64,000 nt of DNA from Macrostomum lignano (taxonomy: Eukaryota): the NCBI GenBank assembly GCA_002269645.1, contig NIVC01002529.1:62001-126000 (forward strand). The letters run 5' to 3'. The position numbers were made by a program, and so were the translations under genes. The notes under the pieces were generated by a model. It was not told the DNA's origin, did not search any database, and was given only the letters and a program-made list of their open reading frames with translations. Positions 11,122-23,497 of the stretch are shown here, piece by piece. The number at the start of each line of letters is the position of its first letter. Position 1 is the first letter of the stretch.

Positions 11122-12609
11122 TCCAAGGTACGTCGAACGGTTTTATCAGAGGCCACCACAGACTGAAGGTAAACCGTGACCACCTCGGAACACTCTGAGC
11201 TCACGCTGAGCTGCAACTAAAACTGAACTAAAATTCTCTGTGACACGTCCATAAATAGCAAGAGCAATACAAGCTAATCATGACCACAGATACTAAAATA
11301 ACTAGATGGCCACTCAGGCACATATACTTAGTAAAACAGCTTTCTACTTTCAGTTCAGTAGCAAAGAAGAATACATAAGCTATTTTATGAAAATAAAGGC
11401 AGCTGAAATGACTTTGATAAGTTTAGAAGCCCAAGCTTGCAGGCGTAAACAACTTGCTAATTGGTTCCGCTATAATGTACATTAGCCAGTCCACTGAAAT
11501 GTACACGGCAATTTAAGGCTGGAATTCCGAGAAAGGCAATAAAAATTGGGGCGGTGCGGGTGGTAGTGTGGAAAGGCGCGGTTGGAGGGTTTAAGCTGTG
11601 GGGGTAGAGCCAATAAATGAGTTGGCTTTAAAAATATTGTACATTTTTAATACTTCTGTTTAACTTGCTAACTTGCTAACTTGTTTAGCTTGCGTGAAAG
11701 TAGCTTACACGCAAATGTGCTCTGAGTTTGCAATCCCATCTAGTTATTCTAGTATCTGTGATCATGACAAGATGTCATTGAAATGTGAAATACTTTTGTC
11801 TATGGTCGAAAAGTAGGTCCCGAGGTTTCGGAATTTTGGCTCTCTATGTGAGCTCGGTACACTTTGGTGTTGACATTTATTTTCTACTTAAACAAAGAAA
11901 CGTGCAACTCTCCCAAAAGACTGTCTATGGTTAGACTCCTGCCATGCCACTAAATCAAGTTCTATCTTTATTTATACTTGCTTATGCTCTCTTTATATCT
12001 CTTTCATTCTTGAAACTCAACATTTATCCGGCTAAAGCTAGAACTTCGAAAGTTTAATTTTTTCTAAGAAATCTCACGTACCCAAGAAGGAAGAAAGCTA
12101 TTCTGCTCTAATTTTTCGCTTGCCTGCATTCCGAACAATGCGCGTATTTTGCTTTGTTTATCCAGTCTTATCTGTTTTGTCTTGGCTTGAGTAATTGTCT
12201 TTTAACTTGTCTCTAACTTGCTTTGCAGCTCTTGTCGACACTTACATACTACTTCTGCTGCTAAACTCTCGGGTCTCCCGTGACTCTCGTGCCCGAAACT
12301 CTAATGCTCAAATACAACTGAAGCATCTTTTCTGCATAGAACTGTAGTGTTCTATTGTTAGCAATAGCAAGTAGACTCGCAAGTGCTTTTAGGCAACCGG
12401 GCTTTTTGTATCTCGACTCTTTTGTTGCCTTTCTCAAAGTTCTAGCATTCAGGAGCCTGCTTCCACTTAGAGGAAGGATTGGAGATCAGCTGATGGGTTA
12501 GTTTTGGTGCAAGGGAAGCCTCAAGTTTGCTGTCTCAAACAAGCGGTGGAAGCCACTCCCAGCCTGATGGGCGGAGGCTGAGCCACACTGTTTTGCAGTC
12601 TTCGCTCTA

Positions 12610-13578
12610 AGTCACTCACTCAAGCCAGTCAGTCACTCACTCAAGCCAGTCAGTCACTCACTCAAGCCAGTCACTCACTCACTCAAGCCAGTCACTCACT
12701 CACTCAAGCCAGTCAGTCACTCACTCACTCAAGCCAGTCAGTCACTCACTCACTCAAGCCAGTCAGTCACTCACTCACTCAAGCCAGTCAGTCACTCACT
12801 CAAGCCAGTCAGTCACTCACTCACTCAAGCCAGTCACTCACTCACTCAAGCCAGTCAGTCACTCACTCAAGCCAGTCAGTCACTCACTCACTCAAGCCAG
12901 TCACTCACTCACTCAAGCCAGTCAGTCACTCACTCACTCAAGCCAGTCAGTCACTCACTCAAGCCAGTCAGTCACTCACTCAAGCCAGTCAGTCACTCAC
13001 TCAAACCAGTCAGTCACTCACTCAAGCCAGTCAGTCACTCACTCAAGCCAGTCAGTCACTCACTCAAGCCAGTCAGTCACTCACTCAAACCAGTCACTCA
13101 CTCACTCAAGCCAGTCAGTCACTCACTCACTCAAGCCAGTCAGTCAGTCACTCACTCAAGCCAGTCACTCACTCACTCAAGCCAGTCAGTCACTCACTCA
13201 AGCCAGTCAGTCACTCACTCACTCAAGCCAGTCACTCACTCACTCAAGCCAGTCAGTCACTCACTCACTCAAGCCAGTCAGTCACTCACTCAAGCCAGTC
13301 AGTCACTCACTCAAGCCAGTCAGTCACTCACTCAAACCAGTCACTCACTCACTCAAGCCAGTCAGTCACTCACTCAAGCCAGTCAGTCACTCACTCACTC
13401 AAGCCAGTCAGTCACTCACTCAAGCCAGTCAGTCACTCACTCAAGCCAGTCAGTCACTCACTCAAACCAGTCACTCACTCACTCAAGCCAGTCAGTCACT
13501 CACTCAAGCCAGTCAGTCACTCACTCAAAAAGCCAGATAGTCAGTCAGTCAGTCAGTCAGTCAGTCACTCACAGTCAC
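12610..13578 (+). repeat. Modular minisatellite built from AGTC/ACTC tetramers plus AAGCC
   Basis: Variable 17-25-bp units such as AGTCAGTCACTCACTCAAGCC. Confidence 0.9.
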
Positions 13579-14089
13579 TTCACAACGTATGCGGATGGGT
13601 AAGAAGCGGTGGTCATGTGGAAGCTTTAGAACATTTACTAACACTTTTCTTCTACCATAAGTAGGTAGAAACGCGCACAAGTCAAACTATTTAACAGACA
13701 CAAATGCTACAAATTAGTATCGAATCTTGTCTTTCTAGTAGACTAAACTTGCCAAACTTGTAGTTTCTATTTTTGCGCTAATCATCAAAGAATTCTGGGT
13801 GGAAAAATAGATCGCCAGAAGGTTCGAAAGCAGTTGTAGCTGCTTTTTCTTTTTGCCTCTGCAGACTCCTAGTAGCAGCCTGAAGTCGAGTTTTAGGGCT
13901 CACGTAAATTCAAGTAAGGAGAGCATGAGGGAACTGTCAGCGGAAAAAGAGGTGTTAGCATTCGGCTTTAAAACTGCGAAACCGACAGAACTATACTCAA
14001 AAATTACTCTTCGACTGTAAAACCGAAATTCAAAATTGAGACTGATAGTTTTATGTACTTCGATAAATTCCCACCATAGTGTTTCTACA

Positions 14090-14972
14090 GGCGCTAAAGA
14101 CTCTCTTGGTGTGTCTAACGGCGCTTATTGGGGTGTCTAAAGATACTAATTGGTGTGTCTAACGGCGCTTATTGGTGTGTCTAAAGGTGCTAATTGGTGT
14201 GTCTAACGGCGCTTATTGGGGTGTCTAAAGGTGCTAATTGGTGTGTCTAACGGCGCTTATTGGGGTGTCTAAAGATACTAATTGGTGTGTCTAACGGCGC
14301 TTATTGGTGTGTCTAAAGGTGCTAATTGGTGTGTCTAACGGCGCTTATTGGTGTGTCTAAAGGTGCTAATTGGTGTGTCTAACGGCGCTTATTGGGGTGT
14401 CTAAAGGTACTAATTGGTGTGTCTAACGGCGCTTATTGGGGTGTCTAAAGATACTAATTGGTGTGTCTAACGGCGCTTATTGGTGTGTCTAAAGGTGCTA
14501 ATTGGTGTGTCTAACGGCGCTTATTGGTGTGTCTAAAGGTGCTAATTGGTGTGTCTAACGGCGCTTATTGGGGTGTCTAAAGGTACTAATTGGTGTGTCT
14601 AACGGCGCTTATTGGGGTGTCTAAAGATACTAATTGGTGTGTCTAACGGCGCTTATTGGGGTGTCTAAAGGTGCTAATTGGTGTGTCTAACGGCGCTTAT
14701 TGGGGTGTCTAAAGGTACTAATTGGTGTGTCTAACGGCGCTTATTGGGGTGTCTAAGGTGCTTATTGGTGTGTCTAAAGGCGCTTATTGGGGTGTCTAAA
14801 TGTGCTAATTGGTGTGTCTAAAGACTCTTATTAGGGTGTCTAAAGGTGCTTATTGGTGTGTCTAAAGGGGCTTATTGATGTGTCTAAAGGCGCTTATTGG
14901 GTGTCTAAAGGCGCCCTCTTGATGTGTCTAAAGGCGCGCTCTTGGTGTGTCTAAAGGCACCCTGGTGTCTAG
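14090..14972 (+). repeat. 22-bp satellite with alternating dimer (44 bp)
   Basis: GTGTCTAACGGCGCTTATTGGG alternates with GTGTCTAAAGGTGCTAATTGGT; degenerate at both edges. Confidence 0.9.
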
Positions 14973-15825
14973 AGTCGCTTCTATATATTCTGGCCTAATA
15001 GGATTATGTTTGCAAACACCGAGAACGTAGAAAAAAATCCTATTAATATTGTTGCAGAACACATTGGATCCATCTGTCCGGTCTGTACCAAGCTCTCTGA
15101 ACTGCCAAATTTAGCATATTCAGCAGCGAGCCATTAAAATTAGCCAGACTCTTTCTCGGGCCGGTCCAGTAGCGCCAATATTAACTGCTAGTGATTGCCA
15201 TTCAGCTGCATACCCGGCCTCAAATCTGCATCATTTCGCATGCAAATTGGCTCGCGACCACGGGGGAAATGCTATTGCAGAGCCGTCTGGAACCTCCGCT
15301 GTGCAGAGAGGCGCTCTGTTCTAATTTTAGAGGCTGTAGAAATGCTAAAAAAATTCTGAATCAATTTTTTCTCTCCCAACTCTCGATTTCCAGTGCATTC
15401 ATATTGCTATTAGCGGTGAATCGAATATTTAGCGCCTTGAAGACTGCAGCTGGTGATTTTTTTAGGTCTTTTCTCCGGCGCGCGCTGCCAGCTGCTGCCG
15501 GGTCTTCCAGTGCAGGAAGTGGCTAATTTCTGTTCCTGATGAACTCTGCCTGACTGATACAGTAATAAGCCGAATTTTCAATCTGTTTTTTTACTAGATT
15601 ACGAATCATTTTATCACAGGTAAAGGTCAACTGCCGCTAAACACTGCAGTCAGTTATTTTTGCGATGGCTCAGTATTTCCGGTTCTATGGTGGATATCAT
15701 GTATTTTCACTTGCTCAGAGTTGTTTGAGTTGACACGCAAAAGTTTTGAGTTCGAGTCGGAGAGCCTATAGGATTAATAAACTCATTAAAGTTCGGCTTG
15801 ATCTGTTTGAAAGGGAGAAGCCTCA

Positions 15826-17982
15826 TCATCCCATCAAGTAGTCCGTGCCGCAGGTGGCGTACCGGCAAATCTCGTAGTCGCGAACGGCCTTGTCCAGCAC
15901 GCGTTTGAAGGAGCCCAGCTCGTCCTTGTGCAGAGTTGACCAGACCACCAGGTCGCGTAGGTACTGGATGAAGTTCACTTGAAGTGGATTGAGGAAATAT
16001 GAATAAATAATTCAAGTGGTGTTCCATTCTTAGCACTAACAACTACAGCAACGAAGCTACTCTGTCAGAACTTAAAAAAGTATCACAGGGTGCGCATCTG
16101 GATTTGCGCGCGATTTGAGCAGGTAAAGTAGGGCCGCCGACAGAATCTGGGGAGCCGATATCAGGACATAAGCCAGCTGGCAGTCGACAAAGCGCCGGTA
16201 GGATGCCTGCAGCGTCAGTCAGCAGCAGCATCTCCTGCGTCAGCTGAAGGCAAAACGACTCGGCGCGGATGATATGGCCTGTTAGCTGGGGCCCCTAAAG
16301 GCGCAATAGGTCGCTTGGACGGGCCAAATTTAACTATAATAACTCTAACTATTAGCCCTCAAGCCTTCCAATAATTAATCATATGGAGTATTAAACATCC
16401 TGTATAATTTTGTGGAGACCGGAAACAAGCAAAAGTGCGAGTACTCTGTGTTTTCTAGACTGACTTTTAGCAGAGTACATTGCATCAGATGGGCTTTTAG
16501 CTCAGGACAGTTTCCAACAAACAGAAATAGTAATAAAAATTGATTACACCTGTCCCAATGGGCAGATGTGCAACCGACAGCTCAGCCGCAGCTATTGCGC
16601 TGCGCATCTGAAGGCAGCTGCGTACGGCTGCTCAGTCCAAGGACTGGGGGGTCGCCACACAGACCCTCAATTACCCCAGCTAATGCTGGCACCCATTTTA
16701 CAGCTGGGTGAGCTGAAGCAATGCAGAGTTAAGCGTCTTGCTCAAGGACACAAATTGTTCCGAGTGGGTTGTTCTAACTATTAGGCTACAACTCCTCAGC
16801 TTTTTCAACTGTCAAAAACAATCAATCGATAAGGCAGAAGGTGAGAAGTCGACTATTGACTGACAGGACCTGAAAACTTCCCATCTTGTTAATGCAATTT
16901 TGAAATGTCACATTTTCCTGCTATGCTAGTGGTTATTGGGTGAAGTTTCGCTCAGCTTACTTTGACTGCGGTGAGGATTGATGCTAGTAACCTACTGAGG
17001 GTTGATGCCAGTAACCTACTGAGGGTTGATGCCAGTAACCTACTGAGGGTTGATGCTAGTAACCTACTGAGGGTTGATGCCAGTAACCTACTGAGGGTTG
17101 ATGCCAGTAACCTACTGAGGGTTGATGCTAGTAACCTACTGAGGGTTGATGCCAGTAACCTACTGAGGGTTGATGCTAGTAACCTACTGAGGGTTGATGC
17201 TAGTAACCTACTGAGGGTTGATGCCAGTAACCTACTGAGGGTTGATGCCAGTAACCTACTGAGGGTTGATGCCAGTAACCTACTGAGGGTTGATGCCAGT
17301 AACCTACTGAGGGTTGATGCTAGTAACCTACTGAGGGTTGATGCCAGTAACCTACTGAGGGTTGATGCTAGTAACCTACTGAGGGTTGATGCCAGTAACC
17401 TACTGAGGGTTGATGCCAGTAACCTACTGAGGGTTGATGCTAGTAACCTACTGAGGGTTGATGCCAGTAACCTACTGAGGGTTGATGCTAGTAACCTACT
17501 GAGGGTTGATGCCAGTAACCTACTGAGGGTTGATGCTAGTAACCTACTGAGGGTTGATGCTAGTAACCTACTGAGGGTTGATGCCAGTAGCCTGTTTTTA
17601 GGGCATTGTCTCAGCGACGCCTACCATCAAAAAAGACAGTTCACACATGCTGAACAAAGGACAATACAAGCCATAACTTACTATTTGAATGGTGAATCGC
17701 CCAATAGGCCTTGAAGACCTTGATGTTGAAGCTCTCGCATCGTTCGGCGCAGTTCATCACGCGAAAGAATCGCTTGTCCGCGCCGCCGCCGTCGCCACCG
17801 CTGCGGACAGGGAGCGACGGGGATGGAACAACCGGCGCCTTGACGGCAGGGGTGACGGAGCTGGCTGCGGCTGCAGCGGCGGCGGCCACGGCGGCCGCTG
17901 AGGCAGTGGCGGCGGCGCCCGCTAGGTAGAGGCAGACTAAGCCAAGCTGCAGTGGACTGGCGCGGAACCGGCCGCTTCGCAT
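15826..17982 (-). CDS. Uncharacterised 150-aa secreted prepropeptide (neurohormone-like), two exons
   Basis: Exon 1 17682-17982 (100 codons + 1 nt, GTAAGT donor). Exon 2 15826-15977 (AG acceptor, 2 nt + 49 codons + TGA). The phases join to give ...HHSN-M-NFIQYLRD...CRYATCGTDYLMG*. GC-rich codon usage in both exons. Confidence 0.7.
16539..16795 (-). mobile_element. CORE-SINE family A, internally deleted head (intronic; source of the 6548 copy by duplication)
   Basis: Reverse complement is near-identical to 6548-6798, with the same head deletion. Confidence 0.75.
16973..17590 (-). repeat. 24-bp VNTR, about 25 copies (same unit as 6116-6376)
   Basis: Unit GATGC(C/T)AGTAACCTACTGAGGGTT on +. Confidence 0.95.
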
Positions 17983-18031
17983 ATTGCGCTGCAGATGTCA
18001 GACAGGTTTGCATAGCATTGGATAGGTTGTA

Positions 18032-18321
18032 GGGGCTGTAGCCTAGTGGTCAGAGCGTCCGACTCACGACTGACAGGTCGGGGGTTCGATTCTCGACCCA
18101 CTCGGAACAGTTTGTGTCCTTGAGCAAGACGCTTAACTCTGCATTGCTTCAGCTCACCCAGCTGTAAAATGGGTGCCAGCATTAGCTGGGGTAATTGAGG
18201 GTGTTCGTGGCGACCCCCCAGTCCTTGGACTGAGCAGCCGTACGCAGCCTTCAGATGCGCCGCGCAATAGCTGCGGCTGAGCTGTGAGTTGCACATGTCC
18301 ATTGGGACAGGTGTAATCAAT
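18032..18321 (+). mobile_element. Full-length tRNA-derived CORE-SINE (family A)
   Basis: tRNA-like head with A box (TAGCCTAGTGG) and B box (GGTTCGATTC), then GTGTCCTTGAGCAAGACGCTTAACTCTG...CTGTAAAATGGG, which matches the CORE domain of MIR-type SINEs. Two further copies in the window. Confidence 0.8.
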
Positions 18322-19519
18322 TTTTTCAATGGATAAGTCAGTTACACACTAACGAAAGCGTGAACATTTACCATTGCCTTTCACAGTTAAATTGCACTAA
18401 GCGCTTAGGTGTGAGGATTGGTACAAACCTGAACCCACCGGTCAGGAATGCAGATATTTGATAGGCACGTTTGATAGGCGAGTTAAAGCTAGAAATTTGC
18501 ACTCAACAGTTTGAGTCTGACAAAAGGCATTCTCACCTGATTCTAATTAGCTCTTCTCGGTTCCTCCTGGGTCCAAAAATGTCGAATTTCTCCTTCGATT
18601 TGCAAGCTTCCGCTCGGAGTCTGCTAGGCCTCTCTTATCCCGTCTCCTAGTAGCAGCAATGACAGCAGCAGGTCAGAACTCCCCATCTCTGGCTGAAGAA
18701 ATTGGCACGCATCGGCGCCGGCTGCAACCCCTCCCCCCAACCAGGTTGGCCAATGGACACAGGGCAGGCCGAGACCGGGCACTAGGGATGCAGTAGTTAG
18801 TAGACTGTCAGCGAATACGTGGGCGAGAGACGTAATCCCCATAATCCCCTTCGACTTGCGGAGCGCATGAACTGTACTGTAGGAGAAATTGTTTCGAAGA
18901 ATCGGAAAAACAAGCGCAAAGGCCGAGCGCGACGCCAAAATCGCTACTATCCTACAGACAAGGAATCGACAGAAGTATAAACGTGGGAAACAAAGAAAGA
19001 ATATTACAAGCGAGGGTGGAGCATACCTGCTGATGGGACGATGGTGGAATGTTCTGAACGAAACGTCATTTGATTTTTTGGGGGGGGACAACTGCAGTAG
19101 AGGAACTCTATACTCAATTTTCTTAGAAATAAGCTGGAGGCTCTACTTGTATATACAGAGCAGTCTACGGGGGAGGTGCACTGATGGGGAAGGGATGACA
19201 AAAGCGGCTGACCAATCAGAGGCCCGCTACAGAGCAGACGGGGGGTCAGCGCAAGGGCCGGGGCAGAGGGTCCGGCCACCCCCGAAGCCAGGGTGCAGAG
19301 GCATACACCCCAAAACCCTGGCCCAAAGCGCCGGCAGGGCAGGAAACGGAGGAGAGGGGCTAATCCATGGATTGAATAAAACCATCCTTGGGCCAAACCT
19401 CGCCCTTTAGAGGTCTAGGTGTGAAAGGGCCTCGGACTGCAGGACCACCGACACAGAACGGAAGGCTGTCTGTCTCTCCTTGCTACACTAAGCCAGTAGA
19501 GTTAGCAATACACAGAGTA

Positions 19520-19790
19520 GGGGGCAGAGCAGCTCAGCGGTGAACGCGTCTGACTCGTGCGCCACGACACAACTGCATGGTTCGATTCCAGTTCATTCGA
19601 CAGCGACTCACACCCATGAGGGCCAAACCCCAAGGCACAGAGAGTGTACATGCCTGGCGATTAGAAAGTCAGAGCTGCTTTACACCCTGTGTGAGCGTGT
19701 GTGTGAGTGCGTGCCTGCGTACAGCTTGTGTGTGCTCAGGAACCAGCGTAATAGGCAGTCAGGGTGCCCACAGCCCTCCTGTGAATTTTG
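19520..19790 (+). mobile_element. tRNA-derived SINE family B
   Basis: GGGGCAGAGCAGCTCAGCGGTGAACGC head, GGTTCGATTCC B box, body shared with the 1099 and 51327 copies. Confidence 0.65.
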
Positions 19791-19794
19791 ATCA

Positions 19795-20497
19795 CAGATA
19801 GCAAGCATCCCCCTGCAGATAGCAAGCATCCCCCAGATAGCAAGCATCCCCCTGCAGATAGCAAGCATCCCCCTGCAGATAGCAAGCATCCCCCAGATAG
19901 CAAGCATCCCCCAGATAGCAAGCATCCCCCAGATAGCAAGCATCCCCCTGCAGATAGCAAGCATCCCCCAGATAGCAAGCATCCCCCTGCAGATAGCAAG
20001 CATCCCCCAGATAGCAAGTATCCCCCAGATAGCAAGCATCCCCCAGATAGCAAGCATCCCCCTGCAGATAGCAAGCATCCCCCAGATAGCAAGCATCCCC
20101 CAGATAGCAAGCATCCCCCAGATAGCAAGCATCCCCCAGATAGCAAGCATCCCCCTGCAGATAGCAAGCATCCCCCAGATAGCAAGCATCCCCCAGATAG
20201 CAAGCATCCCCCTGCAGATAGCAAGCATCCCCCAGATAGCAAGCATCCTCCAGATAGCAAGCATCCCCCAGATAGCAAGCATCCCCCTGCAGATAGCAAG
20301 CATCCCCCAGATAGCAAGCATCCCCCAGATAGCAAGCATCCCCCAGATAGCAAGCATCCCCCAGATAGCAAGCATCCCCCTGCAGATAGCAAGCATCCCC
20401 CAGATAGCAAGCATCCTCCAGATAGCAAGCATCCCCCAGATAGCAAGCATCCCCCTGCAGATAGCAAGCATCCCCCAGATAGCAAGCATCCTCCAGA
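19795..20497 (+). repeat. 18/21-bp minisatellite abutting the SINE B 3' end
   Basis: AGATAGCAAGCATCCCCC with or without TGC. Confidence 0.95.
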
Positions 20498-20972
20498 TTA
20501 TTAACAATGAATGTACCAGTGGTCTGAGTTGGAGTTCCATTAGGAAGTCAGAGGATAGCAAAACTCCAAAATATGACCAAATGGTCCCGTCAACTTTTTA
20601 AACTTCCTGGTTTCAATTAAATCTTTAAAGCACAGCGCAGACTGGATTCAAACTCAGTCGAGCTTCAGACAGCCCATGGAAGCCACGGCTGACACTTCTG
20701 CTGCCCATTAATTGTCACGATCTCTAGGGAGCAAAGAATCAGTCGATGTAAGCGTTCGGGTTAATCACTCACTTTCGATCTTAATTTCGAAAAATATATA
20801 ATAGAAGACTAATCCTTGATTAATTATTTTAAGATTTCTAGAGCTCTGTTTTACTGACCAAGTCAAAATCGAATTGGGCATCAACTCTGAAACTTCCAAA
20901 TCGAGTTTACATACGACCCCTGAGAATGAGGCCGGATATTGAAAAAATGAATGTTTTTATGTTCCTTTCAAG

Positions 20973-21145
20973 TAGGGATTCCAAAATCCCGACATTTTAC
21001 AATCCCGGGATTGAATAGTCCCGAAATCCCGATGCTGTTGAAATCCCGGGATTAAAAATCCCGGGATTCGATTCCCAAAAAAATCCCGGGATTCAAATCC
21101 CGGATTTTTGGCCCCAATCCCGGGATCCCGGGATTGGAATCCCTA
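20973..21145. mobile_element. Non-autonomous hAT-type MITE (173 bp)
   Basis: Perfect 11-bp TIRs TAGGGATTCCA / TGGAATCCCTA, flanked by an exact 8-bp direct repeat CTTTCAAG (20965-20972 and 21146-21153). Interior is rich in AATCCCGGGATT palindromes. Confidence 0.85.
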
Positions 21146-21954
21146 CTTTCAAGCTCTGTTTTATACGAATAAAATCTAAATGGATCGACACTTGCGGCCA
21201 ACAGAACATATTAATATTGAATACACCAGAAAAAAAGACAACCTCAAAGTGTACTCAGCAAGCATTCTTCCCAAGAAGAAGCCACATCGAGCCTTAAGCG
21301 TCCAAATCGCTGTTGAGAACTGCTGGCAGAATTCGGCACAGTTCACTGGCTTATCACCGAGGCATAAAGCCAGTGGAGAGCCGGGAAGGTATGGCGAGAG
21401 GCGCAATAATGGCTAATCATTTCTAGGTAATAAGCACCTTCCCAACCCACCCTCAGCTCAGCTTCAGCACGTTTTTTGTCAGCTTAGGCCCAGGTGGCGA
21501 TATTTAGCTGGTAGCTATTTTTACCGCCAAGTCTTTCGTTTACCATTTCACACTTTCTCTCTCCATCACCGATATCCTCCCACGCAGCATGAGAACACTA
21601 GCTGCCAACCAGCCCGCAGCAGCACTTGAAGATGTCCAGCGAGCCCCAGGCTTCAACCACTCTGCAGTTCTCAGCAAGAAGGGAAAAGAGGAGGAGGTGC
21701 GCTGTTTAAACAATTTCGCTCGACAATTCCGCCTTGAAGCCGGCTTCAGTGCCCGCTCCTCTTGGCATTCAGTCTAATTTTAGCATTCAGCTCCGCCGCT
21801 TTGGCTCGATAAATTTATTAAAGAAACAGCGCAAAAGTACTTTTACATGTGAGGCTGGCAATGTTTAGCTGAATGCTGGGAGCAAAGCATTGGCAACTTG
21901 TCTATTGGATTGAAATCCTCAGTGCAATTTAGCCTTACGGTTTTGAATTTCTCT

Positions 21955-22505
21955 GCATAGTTGTAGATTCGACATCCTGGTTGTACATCTGACATTCTGA
22001 TTGTAGATTTGACATTCTAATTGCAGATTTGACATCTTGGCTGGTTGTAGATTTGCATCCTGGTTGCAGATTTGACATCCTGATTGTAAATTTTACATCA
22101 TGGTTGTATATTTTACATCCAAGTTGTACATTTGACATCCTGGTTAGATTTTACTTCCTGGTTGTAGATTTTAAATCCGAGTTGTAGATTTGGCATCCTG
22201 GTTGTAGCTTTGACATCCTGGTTGTAGATTTGACATCCTGGTTGTAGATTTGACATCCTGGTTGTAGATTTGACATCTTGGTTGTAGATTTTACTTGCTA
22301 ATTGTAGATTTTGCATCCGAGTTGTAGATTTAATATCCTGGTTGTAGATTTGACATCCTGGTTGTAAATTTAACATCCTGGTTGCAGATTTGACATCCGG
22401 GTTGTAGATTTGACATCCTGGCTGTGGATTTAACATCCGGATTGTAGATTTGAAATCTTGGTTGTACATCTGACCTTCTGGTTGAAGATTTGACATCCCA
22501 GATGC
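21955..22505 (+). repeat. Degenerate 20-bp minisatellite
   Basis: Consensus GTTGTAGATTTGACATCCTG. Confidence 0.85.
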
Positions 22506-22671
22506 AATTTCGGTATCCCATGGCATCCTGTTTATTTTTAATGGCACTATGATTAAGCTGCGAAACTGCTCTGCTTCGCCTACTCTTTGTCAGTAGGCAG
22601 CTAAGCGTGAGCATCGTTTTGCAGTTAAAAACCTGCATTAAATCAGTTCACTAGGGGCAAAAGGAAGCCAT

Positions 22672-22856
22672 GCTAGTGAGCACATTGTGAAGGTTGCAGA
22701 GGGGACAATTGAGGCTAGTGAGAACATTGGGTAGGTTGCAGAGGGGACAATTGAGGCTAGTGAGAACATTGGGTAGGTTGCAGAGGGGACAATGGAGGCT
22801 AGTGAGGACATTGGGTAGGTTGCAGAGGGGACAATGGAGGCTAGTGAGAACATTGG
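22672..22856 (+). repeat. 42-bp tandem repeat, about 4 copies
   Basis: GCTAGTGAGAACATTGGGTAGGTTGCAGAGGGGACAATTGAG. Confidence 0.9.
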
Positions 22857-23497
22857 GGCTTTAATAACGGCAACAACAGCTAAGCTGTCAGACTCTAGCC
22901 AGAATGGGAAGATCGCAACCAAGTCGCATAAGCAAATATAAAGCTAAATTTTAGAGCAGTTTTGGATTTTGGATAAAAATCGTTGATACACGCATTGCAA
23001 GCGGCGTCAATTAAAATTTCCTTTGATGGTTTTGCAACGCTAATGATGCCGCCTTATCGCTAGCCCCACCCCCCCCTACTCATGAACTGATTTGTCTCAA
23101 AGGTTGGTAAGCCTTGTTGTGGCAGAAATATTAATTTGAAAACTCTGCTTCCGGGCTGGACTGACTTTGGCCTCTCAGTTCAACTTGTATCGCTTATGAA
23201 AATCTCCGTGGGAACTCAAGAGCTCTCCAGATTTATATCAATATGACCGATACTCGCAAGTGTATTACAAGTACTTAAGTACAAGCTTAAGTCGTTCTTG
23301 GTTTTCTCAAGCTCTGAAGTCTCGCTATTTTGTGTCCCTGAAATAGGGGACTGATGTGCCAGAAGCTACTTCACTGTAGCTAAGACAAGGAAAGATTCAG
23401 CATTCAGCCTTGTGCATTTGCCAATACATGCCTGGCAGCACACCAGCACGACTTTTTATTTGAGAGGTTAGTTAAGTAACAGGTCCTCTGCCGGAGG

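Noticed and set aside
18032-18105. Functional tRNA gene
   Set aside because: The acceptor stem is not closed and the sequence continues into a repeated CORE body, so it is a SINE head.
18624-19410. ORFs of 130-173 aa, possible LTR or gag fragment
   Set aside because: No recognisable motif, paired LTR or primer-binding site.
19680-20561. Long ORFs in three frames (e.g. DSKHPP repeats)
   Set aside because: 18/21-bp minisatellite that happens to lack stops.
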